A DNA stretch of 62,652 nucleotides, filler included, from Rhabdomonas costata (GCA_019059605.1; 42 parts of 42 records of this genome joined end to end with filler, not necessarily neighbours in it); one strand, 5' to 3'; shown: positions 26,922-38,735, counted from the whole stretch's first letter. The notes: a model not told the origin generated them from the sequence alone. Numbers and translations: made by a program.

Positions 26922-28210
26922 GCGGATGGAACTTGACGAGGACCACGCGGAGCACTCTTGGCTGCGGGAGATCCGAAGGATGCAGGTGGGGGATGGTCTT
27001 TTTTCTGCTGTTTTTTTTTCTGAAATTAGATTTTTGTTCCCGAAATTATTGTGGTTCCTGTACGTTTATTTCACCGCTTGGCTGGCTATTGACTCTTTCG
27101 TTCCCCCCCCCCCCGCTTCCCCGCTCACAGCGGCGTTAACCGCGAGTAGCGTTCACTACTCATGAATAGTGTCCGCTACGCAACCATGCACATAAGAGGT
27201 TTTCATCACCTCTCTCTTCCACCATCTCACAGAAGCCTTTCCTGTGCAAACATAGCTCAAATGAGAGCAACTTGACAAAAGTGCATGAGAAAATGTACCC
27301 AGCGCTAGGCGTCAAACGCTTCGATGCGATCATGGAACCCAAATAGTTAACGTTAGTTCCGTTCCGAATTTTTGCGCAGCCAACACTACTCGTGAATAGC
27401 GTTCGCTATTCACGGGGGTGAATAGGGGTAGGAGGGGGGCCAAAGAGTCTTAGACCGTTTGTTTTGTTGTGTGTGGACTTTTGAACAGTGTTTGAATTTC
27501 ATATATCCACAGACAAATATCATGTTCTTTTTTTTTGAGGGCGTGCAGGTACGGGAGATTTCGCGGGAGATTCCATGCGAGAGTGGTGGGGATTGTGGTC
27601 GGCTGAAATCGAATGGAGTTTTTGTTTCTTCGCTCAGGAGAGCTTCGGGTCCACTGTGAAGAACCTCATTGAGCTCAGGAAGTATGCCGAAACTTTTGTG
27701 TGTGCGTGTGAACGCCCGCTGTTTTTGTATTTGCGCGTCTTTCACATTCAATTCACAGATACGAACAGATGATAGTGTTGCTGTATATACAATCCCTTTT
27801 ATCCTTTCCCTGAGCCCAGCCAACTCTAATCCTGGCCCAATCTGCACTGTACCTCTTGAACGATACTGCGGAGACTTCTGCCCAGCTCCGGAAAATTTGT
27901 GAAGTTGTTATTTCTTTATTTTTTCGACTCCTGCTCTCGTAGATTGTAAATGTGGCTTTGATCTTGAAACGTCAGAAGGAGGAGGTTCTTTAAAGCAGAC
28001 TGAGAATCTTCCACATCGTTTCTCTCTCTCTGGGGAACAGGTTTATGCCCGAGGCACTGTTCACGAAGGACGACTCCGGCACTTCGGGGGAGGAGGAGGG
28101 AGATTCGCAAGATAAGCGTGAGGAAGACAAGACGTGGGGAGCGGCCGAGACATACCGCTCCGTCAAACTGACCGGGAGGAAGGCCAAGTCGGTGTCGTCT
28201 GCGGAATTCC
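26922..28210 (+). CDS. HAMP/helical linker region of a receptor-type cyclase-like protein
   Basis: Exons ...-26985, 27638-27681 and 28041-... splice to MELDEDHAEHSWLREIRRMQ/ESFGSTVKNLIELRK/FMPEALF, the S..EI..MQ.SF.....L.....F/Y.P linker that precedes class III cyclase domains in protist receptors. Confidence 0.7.
27083..27457. mobile_element. MITE-like element with degenerate terminal inverted repeats, inside an intron
   Basis: Left arm GACTCTTT-C-run...CGCGAGTAGCGTTCACTACTCATGAATAGTGTCCGCTACGCAA pairs with right arm TTGCGCAGCCAACACTACTCGTGAATAGCGTTCGCTATTCACG...G-run-AAAGAGTC (32/43 in the inner block, hand count). Confidence 0.65.
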
Positions 28211-28426
28211 GGGGGGATAGACCCTGCCTTGGCAGCGACGGGCCGGACAGCAGTAGAATCGTTGCCAAGGCAGGGTCTATCCCCCCACAANNNNNNNNNN
28301 NNNNNNNNNNNNNNNNNNNNNNNNNNNNNNNNNNTTAATTAATTAANNNNNNNNNNNNNNNNNNNNNNNNNNNNNNNNNNNNNNNNNNNNGTTTTGTTTG
28401 TCTGCTCGTGACTCATTTTGGGGCAG

Positions 28427-29194
28427 GACTTGATCACGCTGTTGCCCTCTTTGGAGCAGCTCGTGGTGCTACGAGTGACTGGGGCGCAGATCCTGTGTGC
28501 CCTTGAGGTGGCCCTGGCGGGGTACCCCGCACTGGATGGGCGCTTCCCGTGCATTTCCGGGCTGCGGATCCAGGTGGACCCCCGGAGGGAGCCTGGGCAG
28601 AGGGTAGTCCGGGGAACCGCTCGAGTGGGGGAGCACTTGAACCCTCTGGAGATGAGGGCGACCTACACTCTGGTCACCACGCAGTCTCTGGCCTCGGGGG
28701 AGGTATCGCAAATCTCCATCCCAGCGTCAAGCCCAGATTTCACCTTTCCTAGTCTGTTGTGCCCCAAGGGCTCGTGCTTAATTGTTCACCCAGAACCTCA
28801 GCTGAATGCTGAAGAGGAATTGCGCATCTCCTCCACATCTTCATGCCTAAATACTTTCACCTCAGCCGGTATCCAAGGCTTGTGCGCTATTTTTTATGTC
28901 CAAAACTCAACCCAAATCCTATAACCGTCAGCCGGAACCAAGTTGTCACCCCAACCGAAAATAGTAACCCCGCTACCGAATCGTATCCATTACCTTGTCC
29001 AGCACCTGCGTACCTCTGACTTAAATCCTAAATCAAACCCCACCTTGTTGGCTGTCAGCCAGATCTCTGTGTCTTGTCTTGGAAGGATGGCTTTGAGGTG
29101 TTCCAGCACGCCACGGTGACCCTGGAGTCGCACCGGCTGCCCCCTTTGCAGGCTCTGCTTCGCAACCACTTCATTGCCGTGGCCGTCATCAAGG
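28427..29194 (+). CDS. 5'-nucleotidase C-terminal domain
   Basis: Exons 28427-28702 and 29086-29194: LLP...VVLRVTGAQILCALE...DGRFPCISGLRIQVDP...GQRV...YTLVT..LASGE/DGFEVF...LLRNHF. Confidence 0.9.
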
Positions 29195-29990
29195 GTGTGT
29201 GTGTGCATGTCTGTGCAGAAAAAAATTCATCCTCCCTGCCAAGCGCACCAAGTGTTTGTGCATATCTTGCCGTTGGGTGGGGTCTTTCACCAACACCTCC
29301 TCTGCCCCGCTTTTGTCTACCTCCCTACTCGCACTGGTCGTCAGGTTCATCTCGCAATGGTATGGGTATGGGTAGGACCATTTACTTTACTTACCGTATT
29401 ACTTCATGACTTGACTTTAATATCGGCTGGAAGTGCTCTTTTTTTGTGACTCGTCGTAGGCCTGCATACTGAGCCTCCCTTTGCTGGCTTACTTTTGAGC
29501 CATCCAGCTATACTATGCGGAGTGCTCGTTGCGGCACATGAATTTCACCTTGCCCCACGCACCCGTGTGGGAGCAACGTGTGCGTGCGTGCGTGAGTGAA
29601 TGAGAGAGACTGTTTGTATGTCTGTTTAAGGTGGCAAATATCTCCATGGTGAAATTGACGCAATTAATAATACCTTTGTTGGCTTACTCCTTTCACTTAA
29701 TTCTTTGTCACATGTGTTCCCCTGTGCGCAGCGTGGCAGCCGCGGCGGTGTGCGGCTGCGCTTGTGCGGCAGTTCCAAACCAACNNNNNNNNNNNNNNNN
29801 NNNNNNNNNNNNNNNNNNNNNNNNNNNNTTAATTAATTAANNNNNNNNNNNNNNNNNNNNNNNNNNNNNNNNNNNNNNNNNNNNTGTGTTGGGGGATTCT
29901 CAGCGTTCGAGACGTATGATCTCAGTTCGACTTTGTTTGTTTCTTCCCCTTTCTGTCAGTTTCCATGCATCTGCTCTCATGGCTTTGCAG

Positions 29991-30179
29991 GTGAAAGTCG
30001 GAAACGACGTGGTTATCGAGCCCAATGTTACGCTGGAGCCTTGCCAGATTGGAGACGGGGCATACATATGTGCTGGAGCGATTTTGATGGAAGGTTGCCG
30101 TATCCAGCCTGGGGCGGTAGTAGGCCCTCGAGCCGTTATCTCGCAGTTTCAAACCTGCGAGAGCGGAAAGATCTATCTG
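29991..30179 (+). CDS. Hexapeptide-repeat (gamma carbonic anhydrase-like) exon
   Basis: VKVGNDVVIEPNVTLEPCQIGDGAYICAGAILMEGCRIQPGAVVGPRAVISQFQTCESGKIYL follows the left-handed beta-helix pattern of gamma-CA proteins. Confidence 0.8.
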
Positions 30180-30886
30180 GCATGTTTTTTCCTGTCCTTT
30201 TAATGATCGAAATTGCTACCTGAATTGTTTGGGAGTGGTCGAAAAGTCGGCGTTAACCGACGTAAATGGCGACATTTGCGCTGAAAGGATCGGGCGAAGA
30301 AGCTCGACCTCAACTCAAACCCAGATCAACTCAGAAATCGAAAGCCATCGGAGAAGTGCTATTCGCCACCTACCCGCAGATCCTTCCGCCGAGGGCACGT
30401 TTACCGGAAATAATCTCTTGGCCTGCTTGTTCAGAAAGAGTCCGGCCTTTTCCTTCATCAGACGAAGTTGCGCACCACATGCAAATGTGTACACATTTTG
30501 TTCATTGTTCATTGTGCACATTTGGTTCACATAATAGTTTCCCGCCTTGGGCTGCGGGTGCCCAATTCCTGAAATATTGTCTTCGTTTGTTTGCCTGCTC
30601 TTTTGGGTGAGCCTCACTCATGATGAAAGACCATCCGGCTACCGTAAAGGTAGCCGGAGTAATACTGGATCGGGTCTTCTTATTTCTTCAACCATTGGCT
30701 GGGCTTTTGTTCTTTATCAGCTCCAGTGACGCAAACACAAACTGAAGTTTTTTCATGAGTCCATTTGCACATCCACACCCCCATTCCCGGTCCTGTGCGC
30801 ATCTTTCCTGAAATGAGTTTTCGCTTGTTGACCTGTGTACACACATACACACACAACTGGTTGTGAAGGGAGAGCACTGGTACGGT

Positions 30887-31040
30887 TGTCAGGCATCGAG
30901 TTCGGCTCGAAACCATATCATGGTCTAACACGCTGGTCTCGATTAGGCGTTAGGATGAAGGCAACTCTGGCCCCTCCAAGTGGTTGGGGACATAAGTTGC
31001 CTGGAAATGACGCAGTGTCGAGCAGTCGCGAAACCTAAGA
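30887..31040 (-). repeat. Dispersed repeat copy A (retroposon-like, (TG)n tail); copy B at 51627-51818
   Basis: 86-nt ungapped core 30887-30972 versus 51627-51712 is 70/86 identical (hand count); both have a CA-rich run on the same side. Confidence 0.85.
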
Positions 31041-31233
31041 CTTAATATGAAGAATGAGAAAGGTCTCTCTCTCTCTCTCAAAATCGGGGCATTATGCTTT
31101 CGCCCCTTTCCAGATGGCTCCTTGGCAACTGCACTGGTTTTCGCCACGTTTGCCTTTGAACACCATTCCTCTTGTTCGGGTGTTGTTTCCTCACCTACTG
31201 AAAGGGGACAGCACTCTGGCTGCTATGAATTGA

Positions 31234-31265
<32 letters not shown>

Positions 31266-31497
31266 CACAACCCCACACCNNNNNNNNNNNNNNNNNNNNN
31301 NNNNNNNNNNNNNNNNNNNNNNNTTAATTAATTAANNNNNNNNNNNNNNNNNNNNNNNNNNNNNNNNNNNNNNNNNNNNGTGTTTTCGTAAACGCTCCGC
31401 TGCGTGGGGCACGAAGCGGAGCGTTTACGACAGCACCCACAACCCCCCAGTTATTACATTGACGAAGAAAGATGCAGACAGGGGCACAGCTCCAAAC

Positions 31498-31642
31498 CGA
31501 GCAGCTGCGGAGGGATGCAGCCGGCAGTTGAAAAGCTTCGCCGAGAGGAACTCCGGATCGTTCTGCTCGACCTTGGAAAGCGTCTCCGCACACCGCGACT
31601 CGCGCTCAGAAGGAGTGAGGCGCTGGTACAGCGCCCCGTCCC
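31498..31642 (-). CDS. Exon of a probable RI-type LRR protein (N-cap region)
   Basis: DGALYQRLTPSERESRCAETLSKVEQNDPEFLSAKLFNCRLHPSAAA between AG and GT; NDP..L.L cap pattern. Confidence 0.5.
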
Positions 31643-33539
31643 CTGGATACACGCATGTGCAGGGCAGGGACCAAAACAATTATTTTTTTAAAAAGGAATC
31701 AACATGACCCCGATGACCCCGGTTACCATTATAATTATTCTGGCGCGAGAAAAGAAACTATTGTCCCTATTCCGTGCGCAGGACGGAACAAATCAGGGGT
31801 GCGAACGAAGAAGGCACTCATACTTTCAGGGTCGGCGGTCACCAAAAGATGCTCCCGCCGTTCTCGCAATGTCACAGGAACGCGTCCACGGTGCAACTCC
31901 TGGGAGAAGAAAATGTAAACCGTTGCCCGCGGCGTGGGCTTTCCATCTATGGCTCATTTCCCACAGACCACTGCTGCCTTTTCACTTTATCTGGGCACCA
32001 GGCGTACGCGTCAACTGCTTGACCACGAACAAAAATCAAAAGATTCAAAAACTGAATTCATCAAAAGAATGAATTCAGCCCACGTCGCAACTCCACGCCA
32101 TTCGCCACCACCACAACAAAGAAAAGCACAGTTACCACGCGATCGTCACCCTCGCCCTCACCCATGGCACTGCCTCTGCGCCGCTCCACGACGCCGCGAC
32201 GCAGGGTGACCACTGCATCCTGGGAAGCTGAAGACTCCGCTTCAGCCATTCGTACAGCAAAGATTACAACAGTGCAGGTGACAAAAGCAGACACTTGGCG
32301 CAACAACAGACACTGCGCGAACACAACAGACTCAACTTTGAAGTGGAATAAAGTGAAGGGGATCAAAGATTCTCCTCATTGTGTGTTGAATCGTCATTAA
32401 ATCACGGAGAGGCACCAGAAACACTGGACCCAAACACTGAACTGCTCCTCGCAAAAAAACATCACACATAAACTCCGCGCTGATGATGGCGTCATAAATC
32501 CAATTGTTTTTCAGGAACACGCTCCGAAATGACCAAACGCATAATTTTGAGTAGGTTCCAAGAGGGCCGAACCCCTTCCACATCAAGGGGCATCATCTTC
32601 TGATATTTCGTGGAACGCCGCGGTTCGAATTCATCTCAACCCGAATGAATTCTTCTTTCTCATCAACCTCTTTCGCAATTCATGCGAAATGTGCTGTGTG
32701 AAGCCGAGGATCCAGGAGAAAAAAGTGTCACCACGGAACGTGTCGATTGCTGCCACCTCAGGATGTGACCCGTNNNNNNNNNNNNNNNNNNNNNNNNNNN
32801 NNNNNNNNNNNNNNNNNTTAATTAATTAANNNNNNNNNNNNNNNNNNNNNNNNNNNNNNNNNNNNNNNNNNNNTATTTTCCGAGCTTCCCTCTGATTACG
32901 TTGTAATCCAGAATAGGGTTGTGTGTGTGTGTGTGCTGGAATTGTGTTGGTGGAGGGGTTTCTCAGAATTGGTACGAGGGTGCGCACGTGAGGCCCGTGC
33001 TCAATAAGGACAGCATTGTTTGGAAGGGAGGGTGGTTCGGGGTGGAATGGGACTCGGATTAAAAGCACAAGCATGGAGGAATGCACATGCATGTGCTTGT
33101 GGCCAGAAAATCACGTGCCTATGGCGAGGGCGCGCGCTGCGTTTGAGAAGTCAGATGTGGGATATTAAGAAATTGGACGAAAGTCTGGGTAGCAAAATGT
33201 GGTTTGGATCATGTTGTGAGCCACACCTGGGAATCTCAGAGCCAGAATTTAAATGACACCAACCAGTCGATTTAATGTCTGATAAAGGCCGAAAATACTC
33301 CAGACCCCCTATCAAGTTGCCCACCACGCAAGAAACATGCTGTTATGTCGCTCTTTCAATGTGGTAGGCGGATTTGGGCAGCTAACACCCATTCACCCGC
33401 AGATAAGATACATCGCGCGCAAACTGGAAACGCCTCCTTTCAGTACACCTTTAAAACTCTTTCTTTTAAGGTGGCGCGGGCAGTACATAAATAGGGTTGA
33501 GCAGCTTCGGAGCTTTGTGGGAGTGACACGAAACAACAG

Positions 33540-34263
33540 GTTGCCCAACTTGTGAACCGGTTGGACAAGAGCGGAGCGGTCACCAAGTTCACGAAGGAGG
33601 ATGAGGAGCTGTTCATCACCTTCTCGACGTACGCTGGTGTGGCCCTGCGGAACTGCGCGCAGCACCAGGAGCTGCTGCGGGCGCACCGTCGCAACAACGT
33701 CATGAACGAGTGCCTGCAGAAGCTGGGTGGAACCGACGTCCGAGAGGGCGACAAGGTGCGTCCCACGGCGGGTGCGCTCCTAAGTGTTTCCTTGTTGTTT
33801 TGCGATGCATGCTTCTGCTGTTGATCCCTCCAGCGTTTATTGCCAATCTGGATGACCTAATGTTTTTGAAGTTGTCGTGTTTAATACTTCCCTGCTGAAA
33901 CAAAGCATGTTTTAAACGCCACTTCTTTATCTTCGGAGCATACCTGTCTCCAATGGTTATCAAAGAGTTCCTCCTCTCTCTCTCTCTCGAGAAAGTGTCG
34001 CTTTCTTCAGTTCCTGTGCCGTTGTGGGTGGTGTGCGTGTGTTGTTTGCCGGATGCTGTGTTGAATAGGTCATCGAGGCGATTACTCTCGCCTCCAAGTC
34101 CATCCTGCACGCCGACCGCTGCACTGTCTTCGTCGTCGACAAGGAGCACAACGAGCTGTACTCCAAGGTGGCGCTGGAGACCGGAGGGAAGGAGATCCGG
34201 TTCAGAATGACCCAGGGTATTGCCGGGGAGGTGGCCACCACGGGCAAGGGCCTGAACATCCCC
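33540..34263 (+). CDS. Tandem-GAF protein, probably a cyclic nucleotide phosphodiesterase (PDEB-like)
   Basis: Exons 33540-33755 and 34069-34263: VAQLVNR...FTKEDEELF..FSTYAGVALRN / ADRCTVFVVDKEHNELYS...EIRF...GIAGEVATTGKGLNI. Confidence 0.9.
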
Positions 34264-34373
34264 ACCNNNNNNNNNNNNNNNNNNNNNNNNNNNNNNNNNN
34301 NNNNNNNNNNTTAATTAATTAANNNNNNNNNNNNNNNNNNNNNNNNNNNNNNNNNNNNNNNNNNNNGGTTGTG

Positions 34374-34473
34374 GTGTCCCATAGGACAAGATATTTCTTC
34401 TCGCGGGGGTTAGGAAGCCTTGCCCGTGTCCCAAGCCTTGCCCGTGTCCCCTAGAAAAAGGGTCACTGCGAAA
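34374..34473. repeat. Dispersed repeat with internal sub-repeats; second copy at about 51056-51171
   Basis: GGACAAGATATTTCTTCTCGC(A)GGGGGTTAGGAAGCCTTGCCCGTGTCCCCTAGAAAAAGGGTCACTGCGAAAG is near-identical in both contigs. Confidence 0.92.
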
Positions 34474-34888
34474 GGAGTGCCATATATTCTAACAGAAAAA
34501 CCGGTCATGTACAGTATGTCAGCACCCTCGAAATGACTTTATTTTTGTGTAAGGGGATTAGGTAAGCTTTGCCTTTGATTGCTTTTCTCTGCAGCTGAAA
34601 ACTTGTGCTAATGACTAGCCAGTGGCGCTGGGATTTGGGCGGATGAGTAGGATTGCATTAGCGTTGGGTCGAATGCCAGCTGCGCGGGGGCCAGTCCGCG
34701 CCGCGGCCGGAGCGGGTGGCATGATGACCTGGGGGACCTTGAACAACTCTTTAAAATATGCTCCCATGGTAAAAATTGTTATCACTGGTTACCGTTGCCA
34801 CTGTTTACCGTTACGAGTGGCAACCGTAACCCTCCTAACTGGCATTGCACGCTCGAAGGCCCCCTTCCCCTGCCCGTCCCGCACCCAG

Positions 34889-35329
34889 GGCTGGGTGGGA
34901 GCGACCAGCTTCCTTGGGCAGAATCTGCTGATGGGGTACCGGGTCCCCAGGGACCTAGCTCTGGGCTTGAAGTACCTTCGCGAGGCCGCCCAAAAGGACG
35001 ACCTGACCGCCAAGTACTGGCTGGGCTTTGCCCATCTTCGCGGGGTGGGAGTAGCCCCGGATCCCGTGGTGGGCGTGCGGCTGCTGCAGGAGGTGGCGGA
35101 CCAAAAGGCTCGTCCGGTCAGCGCGAATGCCATGGCGACCCTGAGCATGGCCTTCCTAAGCGGCAAAGGAGTGCCTGAGGACATCGCTGTGGGGACAAAC
35201 TGGCTCCGCCAGGCGCTGGCGGAGGGTTGGCCTGTAGCCCCGGACTTTATGCCTTTTCTGGAAAAGCACGGCGGGGAGACACTCACTGGGTTCCACGTGG
35301 AGCTCGCAGTGGAAGTTGAGCTGGACTAA
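34889..35329 (+). CDS. Sel1-like repeat protein, last exon
   Basis: LGQNLLMGYRVPRDLALGLKYLREAA, LGFAHLRGVGVAPDPVVGVRLLQEVA and LSMAFLSGKGVPEDIAVGTNWLRQA are three Sel1 repeats; ends at TAA. Confidence 0.9.
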   Translation, partial: GWVGATSFLGQNLLMGYRVPRDLALGLKYLREAAQKDDLTAKYWLGFAHLRGVGVAPDPVVGVRLLQEVADQKARPVSANAMATLSMAFLSGKGVPEDIAVGTNWLRQALAEGWPVAPDFMPFLEKHGGETLTGFHVELAVEVELD

Positions 35330-36251
35330 TGCTCTCCCACCTCCTCGGATGGGGGGAGCTATGCTCCTTTGCGCAGACAGCAGCGTGTCAGAGGGAGTCC
35401 ATCATGATATTCACCTTCTTTGCACCCTGATGTGGTGCTTGAAGTGTACAACAAAAAGGAGCATGCTTTGGACGGGAAGAGGGGAGATGGAATTGCATTA
35501 CGATTTGGCAAGCCTCAGTTTAAAAGGGATCCTTTCCATAGTAAAAAAAAATGGCAAATAATTCTGAAGCTTTCTGGCACTGCTTGCCCAGATGCCGTTT
35601 TTGATCATAAGGCGCAGTCCTCCCCCCTGAAATTCCTTCTTTGGCTCATTATCTTCCTTTTCTTGCGTATAACGTCTCCAGGGGGCAACCAAAAGAGTCA
35701 ACGACGACTAAAACGACCGTGGAACAGAATAGCCAGCCAAACTTAGGCAAAAATAGGGGNNNNNNNNNNNNNNNNNNNNNNNNNNNNNNNNNNNNNNNNN
35801 NNNTTAATTAATTAANNNNNNNNNNNNNNNNNNNNNNNNNNNNNNNNNNNNNNNNNNNNGTTGGTGGTGGTCGAGAATGCCGCTGATTTTGAAGAAGATT
35901 ACATCGAGTTGAATCTTGAAGACTTTCTACATCGAGTTGAAGAATCAAAAGTGGCTTTGGATGTGTTTTGTGGCTTTTTGAACTGACGTGTTGGAGTAGG
36001 AGTTTGGTTATTGCGTAATGCAATGGGTTGATGTTTGGTGTGTTTAATTTCCTCTTTCTTGCATTTGTTTGGGGTTTTGGTTGTAGGGGTTGAGTTCGCA
36101 GGGTGCAGCGCAAGAGGTGTTGTGAAGGTTTGGGCGGTGGAGCTGTGTATCGTAAGTCGTTCGGTGTTTGGATGGACTTGCCTTGTTCGCACTGTTTGGC
36201 TGTTGCTGTGCTCACCTTGCTTCTACGCACAAGCCTGGAATAGGGGAAAGC

Positions 36252-36729
36252 TGTGAAAGGCCAAAGGGCACACTCACACCCCCTGAAGTGCGCGTGTTTG
36301 TTAGAATGGGCGAAGCCAAAGCACACCACAGGCATCAGGCAGTCGAAAGCACACCCTCCACGCGGAAGGGCAGCCCACACGCAGGCAGTTTGCCAAGAGG
36401 GTTGGGTTTTGGAGTCAAAGCTTGCGCGCCCTCGAACCCTCGTATCCCCGCCACCCCAGCAGGAAGAGAAAGCACCACAACCGTCAGGTCACCGAGGAAA
36501 AGCGGGAGTCGCAAAGGACCCCGCGCTGCGCCGCGAAAGGCGGCTGAGTGTAATCAAATCCAGGTACTTGGTGTATACCAAGGTAAGCCCCTGCAGCGCC
36601 CAACGCGCGTCACAGGCGTTCGGGAAGCGGTGATCCCCAAGCCGTGTTCGCAGTCCCGTGAACCCACCTGGACAGGTAAGTGGCCAGGCAGAAGGCTGGG
36701 TCGTTACAGGTGGTAGCAGAGGAGTGGTT
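36252..36729 (+). mobile_element. Putative LTR (ends GTTACA at 36708) followed by an initiator-tRNA-Met primer-binding site
   Basis: TGGTAGCAGAGGAGTGGTT at 36711-36729, 2 nt after ...CGTTACA, complements the typical tRNAiMet 3' end. The LTR start at TGT 36252 is tentative. A frameshifted gag-like stretch starts near 37059. Confidence 0.7.
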
Positions 36730-37927
36730 GGAAAACACCCTGTGCTGTGCAAAGCGCGTAGCGCTCTTTGTCGCTAAAAGTAGTCGCGTGGTAGCAGAGT
36801 CTACTGGGGAGAAGTTTCGTACGAGTCAGGTTCGTAAAAGACCGCCTGACGCATGGAGCCTGCCCGCGACACGCAAAGCGTTTGTCGCATTGATTGGTAA
36901 AAGGCGGAGAGATGACCTGCTCGTACAGAGTGTGTGTTGTGTCCCTGACCCGAATCATCGGGCAGAGCAAAAATCATCTTTCGTCCCACACTGTGTGTGA
37001 TTGATTCGAGCTTGATTGAGTGGTGAGCTGTGTCGTATTGATTGATTTGGCAGCAGTGATGTCAGGAGAAGGCGCACCCCCAGCGCAAAGCATGGATCAG
37101 ACATTTCAATCTTTCCTGATTCACTCAGCTTCGCTGTTTCGACATGACAGCTTGAAGAGCAGCAGAGGGCGAAACAGCAGTTGACGGACAGTCTGGTTCA
37201 GAGATTAAGAGTAACTGGTGGACTGCCAAGTGGAGAAGAGGGCCCAGGAGACGGANNNNNNNNNNNNNNNNNNNNNNNNNNNNNNNNNNNNNNNNNNNNT
37301 TAATTAATTAANNNNNNNNNNNNNNNNNNNNNNNNNNNNNNNNNNNNNNNNNNNNATATATATATATATATAGATAGATAGTAGTTTTCGCACCAAGCAT
37401 TAAGTATTTTGGAAGGTTAAAATCAGTTGATAAATCAGGGGTGCATTTGCATGAAGCCAGGGGACGTTTAGGAAGTTGAGTGAGGCATTCTGAACGGGGC
37501 AAGGTGGAAAAAGCACGGCCCCAAAAATAACTTCCGCCGAAAAGCAATAGAGGGAGAAGCGGGAGACAGCCGAACATGAAGGGGAGCGGTAGAAAAGATA
37601 GGGAAGGGAGGTGGAAAAGACAAAAAATCAGGAAGGCACGGAAGCGAAAGGCACAGGAGAAAGGAGAGCATCCAGCAGACAACCAGGAGAAGAGATATTG
37701 CGCACCCAAAATATAAGACAAGAAAGCTGAAAGACGCTTATCCTGGAGGGAAAATTTCAAATGACAAGCTAAAAGTTGAAGATCTGGCTTTATTCCCTTC
37801 AATTCAACACATTCTCAAACACATCGGCTTGACAGTTTGCCAAGGTACCACAGTTAACGTCATGGCCGCCGATTAGGGCAGCGGAAAGGGAGCAAATAAC
37901 GGTGTATATTTACACGTTTTTTTTGAA

Positions 37928-37980
37928 ATAAAGGATGATAAAGGATGATAAAGGATGATAAAGGATGATTAAAGGATGAT
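37928..37980. repeat. (ATAAAGGATG)x5 minisatellite
   Basis: Direct 10-nt tandem repeats. Confidence 0.92.
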
Positions 37981-38565
37981 TTTTGGGGACACCATTGTTT
38001 ATTTAGGTTTTCCTTGTTGGCTTCGGGGTTTGACAACAGGCAGGGCGCAGCGCGAGCAATACATCATAAGTAGTCCTGCGTCTGCGGTCTTTTTGGTTTG
38101 ACAAAGGCGTTGCGGTTTTTAAAGTGGTGTAAATTTGATGGGGTGATGAGCGTGATGCGGTGACCACGGCTATCCGAGAATTTTGGCTCATTGCGTTAGT
38201 GTGCCTTTTGGCGCAGCGCGTGGCCGCATAACTTTGACGTACACGACCGGTTCCGATGCGTTGTTGAACCGTTTTGTTGAACCATGCAGCAAATTCGACC
38301 AAATCTGCTGGCGGGGTGCGTTTCGGAATCCCAGTCGGACTCGGGAACCATCCGCTACGCCGCAAGCCAATTGCCAACAACCGTGAGCGCAAGCGCCGAA
38401 GAAACGATTTTTAAGAAATATGACGGACGATGAGCTGGGTGTCCATGACTACTTTCCGGATTTAGAATGCCCAACTTGCCCGTCAGAAGAGTTTGAACAC
38501 AGCTCCACAACGCGAACACAACAGCTTATGCAGGGTGTGTATCACGTGCGTGGGAAGGCTCGAAA

Positions 38566-38735
38566 TCACCACTCTGCGTACTTCGCCGCCTGGGCATCCC
38601 GAATCTTCTGTCGGCCCTTCTGCACGTTCGCGCGGCACGCTACCCGCAGCTCCTGGCTCACCGCGTCCTTTGCCAGCTTGCCCACCACCCGCCGGCGGAT
38701 GTAGTCATCAGTGAGGCCCTCCAGCGCGGGCGGAG
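38566..38735 (-). CDS. C-terminal exon of an unidentified protein (loosely like a RIO2 tail)
   Basis: GC3-rich: LEGLTDDYIRRRVVGKLAKDAVSQELRVACRANVQKGRQKIRDAQAAKYAEW-stop. Confidence 0.45.

Noticed and set aside
27910-27930. TATTTTTTTCG resembles the 3' end of the euglenid spliced leader
   Set aside because: Not followed by a GT donor, lies in an intron, and no upstream leader similarity is visible.
30912-30950. CCATATCATGGTCTAACACGCTGGTCTCGATT looks faintly like a 5S rRNA 5' end
   Set aside because: The conserved internal box A/C and 3' helix of 5S rRNA do not follow; it is part of the dispersed repeat.
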